Assembly (NCBI RefSeq): GCF_006345805.1 | Contig: NW_021834348.1 | Span: forward strand, 1 to 50,987 | Reading direction: 5' to 3' | Length of the DNA: 50,987 nucleotides | From: Octopus sinensis | Taxonomy: Eukaryota | In this document: positions 36,394 through 47,217 of the stretch, in pieces | Numbering within the stretch: the first letter of the stretch is position 1 | Layout: each line of letters starts with the position of its first letter | Notes under the pieces: model-generated | The model's input: only the letters and a program-made list of their open reading frames with translations | The model's database searches: none | Told to the model about the DNA's origin: nothing | Program-made: the position numbers and the translations under genes

Positions 36394-36938
36394 TGTGCCA
36401 GTTGGAAAAGAGAAGAGACACAACCGAGTAGAAGGTTTATGAAAGATTTATTCATATATTTACATGCATCTGTGTGGGTTGTATGTTTGCTGTTAACCAC
36501 GGCGAAGTAATTCAAAAACAGTGCTAGGTTAGAACCTGTGCAGTGTTGCTGGTGTTGTGTATGTAGAGATGTTGCTGATGACATTGGTGAGAGACATGAT
36601 GGTGGCGACAAAGACGGAGATCACTGTGATGCTGTTGGACAGGTGTTGTCCGGCGTCATCGCTGGAACTGGCTGTGTCATGTGGTCAGTGGCTAGACCTT
36701 AGAAGGTCTGGAACCAAAGACTCCAAGACATAGAGAAGTTGAGTTTTTATAAGTAACGGTAGGCTCAAATTGGGGTTTAGAACAAACTGTCTCACATGAT
36801 TTATTTGGAGGCTGCAATTGGTTAGGTTACATATTGGCACAACAGAGTAAGAGATAAATTGCGCCAATACTAACCAATCAGAGTGGTGGACACAATGGGG
36901 TCCAAATAGCACCAAAAGATTAGCTGTTATCTACTACA
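36394..36938 (-). mobile_element. Possible solo LTR
   Basis: Minus strand TGTAG...GGCACA with internal AATAAA; no target-site duplication found. Confidence 0.35.
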
Positions 36939-37112
36939 TTCCATTGTATGTATATATAATAAAGGGAAGAGGAATTTCACAAGAGTGTCTGCTACATATA
37001 CATATATATATAGTTAATCCAAACAAGAAAGCACAAAAAAACACACAACAACGCAAGGACGTGGAACAAATATAGTATTATTGGACGCTCAGGAAAGAAG
37101 GAAGGAAGGAGG

Positions 37113-37147
37113 GTTTAATGTTTCGAGCGGAGCTCTTCGTCGGAAAC
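37113..37147 (-). ncRNA. Degenerate minimal hammerhead-like motif (Penelope-type)
   Basis: Minus: GTTT-CCGACGA-A-GAGC-TCC-GCTC-GAAAC-ATT-AAAC; core U4 replaced by C. Confidence 0.4.
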
Positions 37148-37769
37148 ATAGGAGAAGGAAAGATCCAGAGAAGGGAAGACAGAGGAAAAAAATCGCCAAC
37201 AATAGTGTGTGTATATAACGGTTTTAATTGATTAGTAAAGATAAAGTTTTTAATTGAAGTTGAGGGCCACCAGTTTGTGACGGGAGAAATTGATTGCTGA
37301 ACATTATTATGATATGTTGTGGTCAGCATATGCAACAAAAAAAAGTTGTGGTTATAATTGTTTACTGTAGGATATGAAAGATGAACAGTGCATGAAGTTA
37401 TAAGAAAGTATTTATTTACCTTTACATTACAAATACCTTTCCTCGATGGGCAGGTTTTGATACATCCAAAAGCATGCGAAGTAAAGTTTGAGTTTGGGTT
37501 CTCTTAATTGTTTAGTAGTAATTGTGGAGACAGATAGAATGATGTTGTAAGAGAACAGAATTAGAGCTAGTGAGAATTGGAGGGTGTTGTCTGACAGTTG
37601 CTGGCAGTAAACTTCATTTCTCCCTCTGACCAATGTTGGTCAGCCAGACCACGTTGAGTCATCACCGACTGTGACTAACTGATTTTTACTTGGGATGAGC
37701 TGGCTTATATAAAGATCCAGAAGGATAGATATATCATTGAGAACAATAGATTTAGTTGGTGGTCTTGTT

Positions 37770-38603
37770 ATCACTATTCCACATTGACTACCAGATAAGG
37801 GATCGGGGGATCCAGTCAAAGGTTTTCTCCAAGGCAACAAAAGCCAAGTACAGAGGTTTATATTTGGCTATGTATTTTTCAAAACCAAACTGCATCTCAT
37901 CTAGAATAACTCTCTCCCTGATAAGTTGGGCTTTGACTCTCTCTGTGACTTTCATCACCTGATCCAACAATTTGATACTTCCATATTTTTTCTATTTAAG
38001 GTGTCGCCTGTACTTTTGTAGCAGTTGACTATGATGACATTACACCAGTCATTGGGTGCGACACCTCCATGTACCGCCTTTTCTATTATACAGTGGCAAC
38101 ACACAAACACACACAAAGCCCATACATACTAAAGCAAAAGAAAGCAAACAGTTAAAAGCAAATCCACCCAAGTGTTTCAGATTAAAAGTTACCAGTCAAC
38201 TATACATTTAAGATAACAAAAGAAGCTGTCTGTTAACCCATTTCACTGTAGTTTGGAAGGAAAGAGACGCAATACAGCGAGTTATTAAGTAAGAAACTTT
38301 CATAATGAAGAATTGCCCAAGAATTGGATTTCACCCAGTAAGTAAATATATTGTTGATTTTTCCACATGCAAGACACACACACACACATTCTTTTATTTG
38401 TTTCAGTCATTTGACTGCGGCCATGCTGGAGCACTGCCTTTAGTCAAACGAATCGACCCCAAGATATACTTTTTTTTAAACTTAGTACTTATTTATCAGT
38501 TTCTGTTTGCTGAACTGCTACGTTATGGGGATGTAAACAAACCCACATCAGTTGTCAAGCAATGGCGGGGGTACAAACACACACAAACATATATATACAT
38601 TAT
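37770..38603. repeat. Inverted duplicate of 25383-26265
   Basis: Near-identical reverse complement including non-TE-like sequence. Confidence 0.92.
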
Positions 38604-38619
38604 CTCTCCATATAAATAA

Positions 38620-39008
38620 CTAGCTTAAGGTGACCCGCTCTACGCGCGGGTGTGGTTGTTACTTTCTGTTGCTTTCTTTTCTAAATTTGAATCCCCTTCC
38701 AGCTCCATTTAGACTCGTTTTTACATAAAAATCCAATTTGTGTATACGTTCGCCTTCTTCATTTTATAGATAAGATTAGATGCCAATTGCGCCAATCTGG
38801 AGGGGCTTAGCGCCCCCTTAAATCTTCTCACCATAGCAACCGCATCTTTCCAGATGGGGAGTTTTAACCTACTCAACTCTTTGCCTCATCACGCCTTCTA
38901 TGCCTGTGTAAATTTTCAGCTCGATCTGACCACTGCTGTGGCCGCCAACCTCTGACGTAGCAAAACATGCATGCAATTTTGACCCAAAGCCTCTTTTATA
39001 TATATAGA
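38620..39008 (-). mobile_element. Non-autonomous Helitron with canonical ends
   Basis: Minus: A|TCTATATATATAAAAG ... ACCCGC-GCGTAGA-GCGGGT hairpin, 9 nt, then CTAG|T. Confidence 0.8.
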
Positions 39009-39009
39009 T

Positions 39010-39540
39010 AGCAGAGAAACCCGGTCTTGCTCGGGATTAAAATAGTTTATCAACGTTGTATTTGTTTCGGTATTATAACTTGATTTCATTCGGATCTACA
39101 TGGGCCACACTTTAAAGATGAGGAATTTTGCCATAGAGGCCACACCTTTCAATTGAGCAAACTCAAAGTTGCCATGCAAACTCGCCAGGACTTTTAACAT
39201 AGGTTTGCAAATTTTCAACTGAATCCTACCATATTTACTAACACTTTTGCCTGTATAACTGCCTGTGAGACAACGTCTGCCCTTTACACAAATATGTAGT
39301 AGACCTACAGAGATACCCGACTTTACTTGAGATTAAAATGGCATAGTTTTTCATTGTTTTACTTGTTTGGTTAATATAAGCCGATTTCATTCAGGTGTAA
39401 TCGGGCCACATTTTAAAAGATGAGGAATTTTGTCTTAGAGGTCACGCCTTTCATTTGAGGATAAAAATAGTTGCCATGCAAACTCGCCAGCACGTCTAAC
39501 ATAGGTGTGCGTATTTTCAGCTCAACCGAACACATAATGC
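39010..39540 (-). repeat. Two related ~290-bp Helitron-like units in tandem
   Basis: 39010-39250 is homologous to 39305-39530. The first unit ends in a CCCG..CGGG hairpin abutting the next Helitron's TC. Confidence 0.55.
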
Positions 39541-39692
39541 ACACATAATAAATATATATATATATTTATATATATGCATTAAATATATATATGTACATAT
39601 TTATTTTATATATATGTGTGTGTGTGTGTGTGTATTATATACACAAATGTGTGTGTGTGTGTGCATTATATACACAAATGTATACAAATTAA

Positions 39693-39723
<31 letters not shown>

Positions 39724-39904
39724 AGTACAGATATATACACTTTGTATATATACATTATATATACATGTTTATATATAGATACAGACAGATACATACACAC
39801 ATATATAAATTAACCCAATAAATATCTGATTCATAATATTTGTTCTCATGATTGTGTGGTGGTGGTGGTGGTGCTAATAAGATGTGTTACAGAGTTCAAC
39901 CAAT

Positions 39905-40350
39905 ATATCTCTCTTTATTTGTTCTCTACTTATTATTTCCTTACCCCTTCTCTTCCTAGTGTCTGCCTTTGACGTCGAATCTACTAACGATTTTTTTTAA
40001 ATACTCAATAACATTCTGTTTATCATTTATGCAGTAATCAAAATTGCTATAATGTCTTGTTGTTGAGATAGGCTCTCTTTCTTTCCTGATGAGAAGATTG
40101 CATTTACACCGTTTATGCCTTTGGAATAAAACCAATGTTGTCTTCGAAACATATGTCGAAAGTAAAAGAATTTGAATAGCATCTGCGTTCAACTCAATTT
40201 ATTTACTAATACTACACAAATTACTGCACATTAACCCGGAGTTTCTACCTTTGAATAGGTCACTACATCCTTGTTACTTGCGTGAATTTTGCTACCCTGG
40301 TAACTGTTTATTGAATTTTCCATGTCATCGGTAAACAAAGGATAATTCAT
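39905..40350 (+). mobile_element. Second full copy of the hammerhead-bearing repeat
   Basis: Homologous to 28410-28895. Confidence 0.75.
40075..40168 (+). ncRNA. Type I hammerhead ribozyme (family 1, copy 2)
   Basis: CTGATGA 40086-92; GAAGA/TCTTC stem II; GAAA 40146-49; C-ATAT-GTC, predicted cleavage after C40157; GAAAG stem I. Confidence 0.85.
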
Positions 40351-40411
40351 ACATCCATTTACAGATATATATATATATATATATATATAGTGTGTGTGTG
40401 TGTGTGTGTGC

Positions 40412-40442
<31 letters not shown>

Positions 40443-40489
40443 TGTATTGTGGAAAGTTTCTGACCTACCTCATATCACTCTTAGTGTAC

Positions 40490-41640
40490 TGTGACACAAC
40501 TATTAAGTTGACAATTTTCAGGTCGTTAGCAGATCAAGTTGGGAAATACTTGTTGCCACGATTCAGAGCATTTCAAGTTTTTGTAATAGTAATGTAGTGT
40601 GATAGATGAAGAGGACAACAGAAGGAGAAGGAAATACAAACAGGTCTTACCTCGGCGAAGATGGGGTCTCTTACCAAACTCGGCACGTCCAGTCGCTTCC
40701 TCGTCTCTGCTCAAAACGCTGGCTTCGTTGATCGCCACACGTGCGTGCTGCTTGACCGCTTCCGCTTCCCCCTGCACATGCGCCCTCCGGTCTTCCACCG
40801 GGCCCCTGCAAGCCCTACTTCCGCCCTCCCTTATCTGTCGTCCTCTCCACCGACACCACACACCCCCCTGATCTACAGATCACTGAACCGGCTTTCTCAC
40901 TCGCTCCCCGCTCCCGAACTCACACCCTTACTGGTTTCATAATCAGCCAACCAGGGAGGAGGGCGCCATTCCCTCTGTGGTCACAGTTCGACCCTAGGAC
41001 AGGTTCCTGGCATGTTGCTGCTGGCCTCATCATCCTGTCTACTGGTGTTGTTTTCATCTTGCCCACTGCTGCTGGTCCCATCCTCTGAGGCATGGACAAT
41101 CCTCCGTATATCCAAAACGTGGCGTGGAAAACCATCGACCGAGATGTTGCTCTTTGAATTTACAGAGGCTATTGCTCCCTTTCCCCATCGTGATGTACAC
41201 CGTGCGTTTGGGGGTTTTACCCAAACTTCTTCCCCGACCTGCACGAAGGTGTGCTCTTCCTCCGCCCCGGGTCGCATTGACGCAGTACACGGATGCCGCC
41301 ACTCGTACCTGAATATTGCCCTGTGTGGCACCGACTTCTCAGCCTTCCTGATCTGGGTGACATATTGTACCAAAATACAGCCTCGCTTGGTGAAATGTGA
41401 CCCCTCTCTGCCATGGCCTTGATGGTACGATGATGCCTTTCCCCCACCCCATTTCCACTTGGCCGGTATGCCGCCCTGAAGAAGCGGTTGACCTTCCACC
41501 CATCAAGCATTTCTTTCAGCACATCTGAGCGAAATGCAGTGCCATTATCCAGAAGCAGTTCATCCACGGGGCCTCCTTCCAGGAATATCTCATTCAATAC
41601 TTTCACAATTTCCTCTGCGGTCCCCGTCTTATATATACGA
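40490..41640 (-). mobile_element. Gypsy (second family) integrase fragment + PPT + 3' LTR
   Basis: ELLLDNGTAF, YRPSGNGVGERHHRTIK, GEEVWVKPP. PPT at plus 40863-40872; LTR 40490-40862 with TGTG...CACA ends. Confidence 0.85.
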
Positions 41641-41792
41641 AAGAAGGTTTGAAAATGCAATTTCTAAAAGATGTTTATTTACTTTACCAGTTTCACTCTT
41701 TGGAAGAAGATTGTCAAAAGTAACATGTAGAAGTTTGGTTGCGTTAATTATTGGTTGTTACAAAATGCTACATTACATATATACAGTCTTTG

Positions 41793-42917
41793 GTAACACG
41801 GACATGTTAAGGACATAAGAAAGTTTAACAAGTTCCTCAAAATATTGGGCACAAAAGATTACAACATAAATAATCGTTCTCAAGAATATGTTAAAGATAG
41901 TTTCCAGAAGGAATTATTAAAAAGTTCAGTGGGATATTGGTATTGTATCTGTATATTCAAACATGCACAGAATATTATATATACATTCTTTGGTGACAAG
42001 AGCATGTTAAGAACATAAGAAAGTTTAACAAGTTCATTGAAATATTGGGCACAAAAGATTACAGTAAATATATTATACGTTCTCAAGATAATTTCCAGAA
42101 GGAATTATTAAAAAGTTCAGTGGGATATTGGTATACATGCACAGAATATTATGAGTTCAAAAAGGTTTACATTATAATAGTAGGGAAGCTAAAACTGATC
42201 TGTCCACCATGTTAACATAAAAGAATATTATCTCTTTCAAGGGACACTGTAGGTGTGTTTGGGTGGGGGGAAGGAGGAGTAATATGGAACTGAAAAGAAT
42301 TTCTCCCATATGTCTCTCCTTCAAGCATCAATGATTTGGGGGATTGGCTTTAGAGGTCAGGATGGTTTCAATGTGTGTGTCTTTGTGTGTGTGTGTATAT
42401 AGATATGTGGTGTGAATAGATGTGTCTGTGTGTTTGTAAAATCTGGTAGGATGGTGTGTGTATATGTGTGCCCGTTTGTCAACCATGTGTGTGATTGTCT
42501 TGGTGTTGTGTATGTGTGTGTATGTATGTGTGTGCGATTGGCATTTGGCATGGTGCTGCATGTGTATGTGTGTGTGTATATGTGTGTCTGTATGGAGGTC
42601 AAAATGGTGTGAGCGTGTGTCTTTGTGTGTGTGTATATATATATATATGTATACATGTGTTTGTGTGTGTGTGTGGACTGTTTTTCATTGGTCCCAGGGT
42701 CCATTGTGGTGTAAATAGATGTGTGTTTTTTTTTATTTGGTACGATGTGTATGTATATGTGTGCCCGTTTGTGTGTGTGTGTGTGTGTATGTGTGTGGTT
42801 AATGTTTGTTAGTGTGTTGCGTGTGCATTAGTGTGTATGTGTATGTTCTAATCTTTTGTGCCCAATATTTTAAGGAATGTGTTAAACTTTCTTATGTCCT
42901 TAACATGTCCCTGTTAC
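41793..42917. mobile_element. Foldback/TIR-like element with ~70-bp inverted ends and ~200-bp internal tandem
   Basis: 41793-41866 is the reverse complement of 42848-42917; direct copy at ~42003-42062; (TG)-rich interior. Confidence 0.5.
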
Positions 42918-43922
42918 AAATGTCGGTTCACAAATATCAAAATGTTTGACTAGGGTCTTGTTGATTATCTATCACTAGGGTGAAAACAAATTATGGTTAA
43001 CAATGTAGGGAATTATCCAACTGCAATTGATCTAGGTAGTAGAATGTCTGGATATGGTCTAATACATTGTCTATTACTAAGGTAAGACCAAATTATGGTT
43101 AACCAAAGTAGGGAATTAGCTAGCATACAAGAACGATTTGAATTAAAATGCTGGCATTAATGGGTCGTAAGTATTCTTATAAACAACAGAATGTCTGATG
43201 GTAGTCTAATTTTAACAATCATTTTTCCATGTTTGCATGGGGTGAGCAAATTTACCATGGCAGATTTTCTACGACTGGGTGCCCATCCTGTCACCAACCC
43301 TTATCTGTTTCAGTTTAGTATTTCTCCATATTCAGACATATTGGTTTTAAATTATGGTAGAGGGCAGGCCTTTCTGAGGGGAGGGGGAACTTTGATGCAT
43401 CAACCCCAGTACATGACTGGTACTTATTTTATTGACTCGGAAAGGATTATGGTTAAAGTGAACGTCGGCAGAATTTGAGCTCAGAGTGTAAAGACGGACA
43501 AAATACCGCTAAGCATTTTGTCTGGCATGCTAACAGTTCTGCCAGCTCAGCATCTTCCCATGGTCAGACAGATTTTCACACAACACTGGAAACGAAGAAG
43601 GATATTCATTTACAATAATCATACACTGTCAAGATAAGGAGACATAAACATGCACACACCCACACTCATGCATAGTATTAATAGAATAGAAGACAAGTAA
43701 GCTGTAGTTGAAGAGCCTTGCCCTAGGTGCCATGCAGTGGGACTGAACCTGAAACTTTGTGGTTGAGAGGCAAACTCCTTAGCCATACAGCCATGCCTGT
43801 ACCTATAAGCTAGTAAAAACTGAAAAACTAAAAATTGCAGTAGAAGACTTTTTTTCTATTTGTTTATGGTATTTTATTACAAAGTTGTCATATTTTCACT
43901 TATTTCTTTTTATCATTTCTAG

Positions 43923-45090
43923 ATTCGAGTTCTTGGATTCATTGCTGTGGTCAGCATCTTCTTTCTACTGTTTGCCTGGAAGCAATATTCTGTGAATAAA
44001 GAATATACAGGGACAACATTAAACAAACAAACCAAAAGTTTATAAATAATTCTAAGGAATTTCCAAATAATCAAGTGCATCATATAAATAAGAAAACTGT
44101 AAGCAAAAAGAAACAGGAATTGGTTCAGTTAAACAACAAAACTAAATATATATTTTTTACTGTGTTGATCATAGAGGTTGTGGAGGTTGGGGAGATAGAC
44201 AGCATGGAATAATTTCTATATATTTAATGGCACAGGCCATGGGTCGTCGTTTTGGCATCATTATTTCAAGACTTTGTAATTTTACTAATTATCTTCAACC
44301 AAACAAAATTAACTGGACAATTGACCCAAAAGAGTTGCATGGCCTAAGAAGTCGTCACCTTCATTTGGTTGACAACAATACGTACATTTCCTCTTTACAA
44401 TCAGCAGACTTAGAAATGCTTTACCCTGAAGATGTCCTCTATCTGACAACAAATCGAATCTATTTTCATGCCTTGAAACGGAATCCTCGCTACAAAGAAC
44501 AACTGCATTGGGCATCAAAAATGTCATATGGAAATTTATTTGCTAAAATGATGAATTTATTGTTTCGCTTCAGCGATCATTTACAGGAAAAATTTGACAA
44601 ATTCTTTGAAGTCAATATCCCCAGGCCAGATATACATCTGGTGTGTGCTCAGATTCGAATGGGACAGAACCCTAGTGTTCCAAGAGATTGCCCAAGGAAT
44701 TCAATGTCAAGTATTCAGATTATCTGGAACTTGTTAAATAAGTACAAAATATTTGTGACAACAGACTCAGAAGTGGTACAGGCGATAGCTTTTAAAAAAT
44801 TTTCTCCTCAAATTGTGTACACATCAGGGGGAATAATGCATATGGATCGGCCACGTAAGGAGATGAAAAACAAGTGTGATGGTGTAAGGAAGTCGCTTAT
44901 GGACCAATATATTCTGAGTGAATGTGATACGTTGATAATAAGCCGAAGTGGTTTTGGTGAAAATGCTATGATGATGAGACAAAGAGAAAACAACCTGTTT
45001 TATTTTAAACATGGAGAAATACAGCAAATCAACAAAGAAAAAGTTTCTACCTGGTGGCCAAAAAAATGGTGTGGGGGAATTATATCTTGA
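43923..45090 (+). pseudogene. Fucosyltransferase-like exon, copy C (C-terminal 287 aa open)
   Basis: Two 1-nt deletions (~44029, ~44150) in the stem region. ORF 44227-45090 holds VCAQIRMG, FVTTDSE, IMHMD and DQYILSECDTLIISRSGFG. AATAAA at ~45177. Confidence 0.8.
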
Positions 45091-45339
45091 CAAACAGAAT
45101 CTGAAAGTGACATCCATGTATCATCATCATGTCAAGATCTTAAGATACTGGATGCATAGAATTTCATTGGTCTTTCAATAAAACAGCTTATGAGGAATAA
45201 GGTATAACATACATAGCAATGGATTTTCCTTCAAAACCAGAATTTTTTCTTGAAATTCTACTGAAGAACTATTAAAATCTTCAAATTTCTATAGGCAACT
45301 TATATCATTGTTTTATGCCTAATTTCCCATGAATATCTG

Positions 45340-45900
45340 TTTGGATACTTTTCCTGAATGATGAACCTCAGGAAGATGACGAACCAAGTTCTAGTATGGG
45401 TCCACCATCGTATACAAGACTCATTTGCCTTGATACCTTTATTCCATTGATTTTATGTCCTGATGGAAATGTTCTCCATGCTAGTCACTTATGTCACCAA
45501 GATCTTTAGGGAATTCATCATGGTGGCTGTGGGCATTGTGCAGCTTTATGCTTATATTTGCTGTCAAGTTTTGAAAGTTCTCCAGCCATGTTGTCAACTA
45601 TTTCAGCATAACTGGTTGCTTTCTTCTTTCCCAGAAAGTTATTTACAACTATTACAAATAAGTTTCATGTTTCATGTTCTCATCTTTCATAGATTTTCTG
45701 ATTTGAGGCTCGTCAAATATTCCAGCATTTATCTTTTTGCTGCTCAGACTGGGAAACATGCTGCAAATATAGTGAAAAAATGGTTTGTCTTTATCCAGAA
45801 CTTCAACAATCTGCTTCATAATACCAACTTTGATATGGACTGGATGAAGATATTTATTTTTTAAATAAATGCCTTGAATTAACGGTTTGTAGTGGTAGCT
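45340..45900 (-). mobile_element. Chapaev-like transposase remnant (arm-2 copy)
   Basis: HPVHIKVGIMKQIVEVLDKDKPFFHYICSMFPSLSSKKINAGIFD. Confidence 0.6.
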
Positions 45901-47217
45901 AGATAGTTGAATGATCTGTCTTGCAAGAAAGTTTGCAGAGTAACCTCCCCTCTCTAAGTTTCTCCAAGCATTTGTGTCAGGAGACACGATTCTTAATTAT
46001 TCAAGAGGCTTAGCATTTCTCTTGGAAGTTTCTAGAATGTTTAGCGTTCCATTAATAAAAACAACTTGCTAACCCTGCTCCTTGCTTCTTAGTTGATTAG
46101 ACTTAGAGCCATTCACATTATTCCTATGCCCGTCTATTTCTCTACGCCACATGACCGAAAGCCACCACTTAGCTGTTATTTCTGTATTTTCTATCTCTGA
46201 ATTTTCTTGCATAGATTACTTCATTCAACTAGATTCTACAATTTTGGTTATGTAATAAAAATATTTTTATGCAGTAAATTTATAGAACTTGAATTTATAT
46301 TTTATTTCTATTTCTAATAATGTACACGCAACCACGTCACCACCTGGTACTGTCTATATATAACCACTACCAACTCTTCAGCCACATTAAAAGACCCTGG
46401 AACTAACATTTTCTCTGGTCATTGTTTGATTATCCAATGTTTTTCCTTGGCTCTAAATTTCTGACACAATTTCCACAGACGATGCATTTTTCTGAAAATT
46501 GAGGAAAATTGCAAAATTTGTGGCGTTTTGGTATCTTGAAATCTAGGCATGATAATTCAACATTTCAAAAGCCTTCAAACCAAGTAAAAATCTCCTGACA
46601 ATAAAATACCTGCTGGGTTGTGTAATTAAAATTGTTAAATGATTTCAAATGTTTGTCTTGCTCACCTTCATCACAAGGTATTGATTGCCCCAGGGATTCA
46701 GTGGAAAATAACTGCTCAAGGTACCATTCACTGGGATTGAACCCAAATCCATATGACTGATTTTCAACCATAACTTTTACCAATTTCCACGTTGGTGAAA
46801 TCCGTAAGTTTGCTAACATGAGATAAGTCTCCCGTCTAGCAATGGCGCAAAAGAAAACGTTGGGTAAATTTTTAGATTAACACTTGCATGATTTTCACTA
46901 AGAAAAAGAAAAACTTGGATTTTTTTGAGTGGAATCATGTTCCCTCACCCAATATGCGGCAAATCTCGTATTTTGGTTCGGAAAAAAGGGGGGCAGGGCA
47001 AGGGAGGGGAACCCCCTTCCCCATTCCCGGAATCATTTGGAATATTTGTTTTTTTCGTTGAATGAATACCTTTGACCTCCTAATATGTTACAAAACCCTT
47101 TTTGGTATCTGAATAATGGGGTGGGGTGAGGTGGAAGCCTCGGAAATTTTACCCACTCCCAACGTTTTAGGGAAACAAATTTCCAGATTGTGAATTACAT
47201 GGTTCATTATTAAATAT

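Noticed and set aside
43044-43087. ATG...AAG|GTAAGA as the missing first exon of the fucosyltransferase-like gene
   Set aside because: 38 nt gives phase 2, incompatible with the phase-0 acceptor, and it lies in a ~100-bp diverged tandem repeat.
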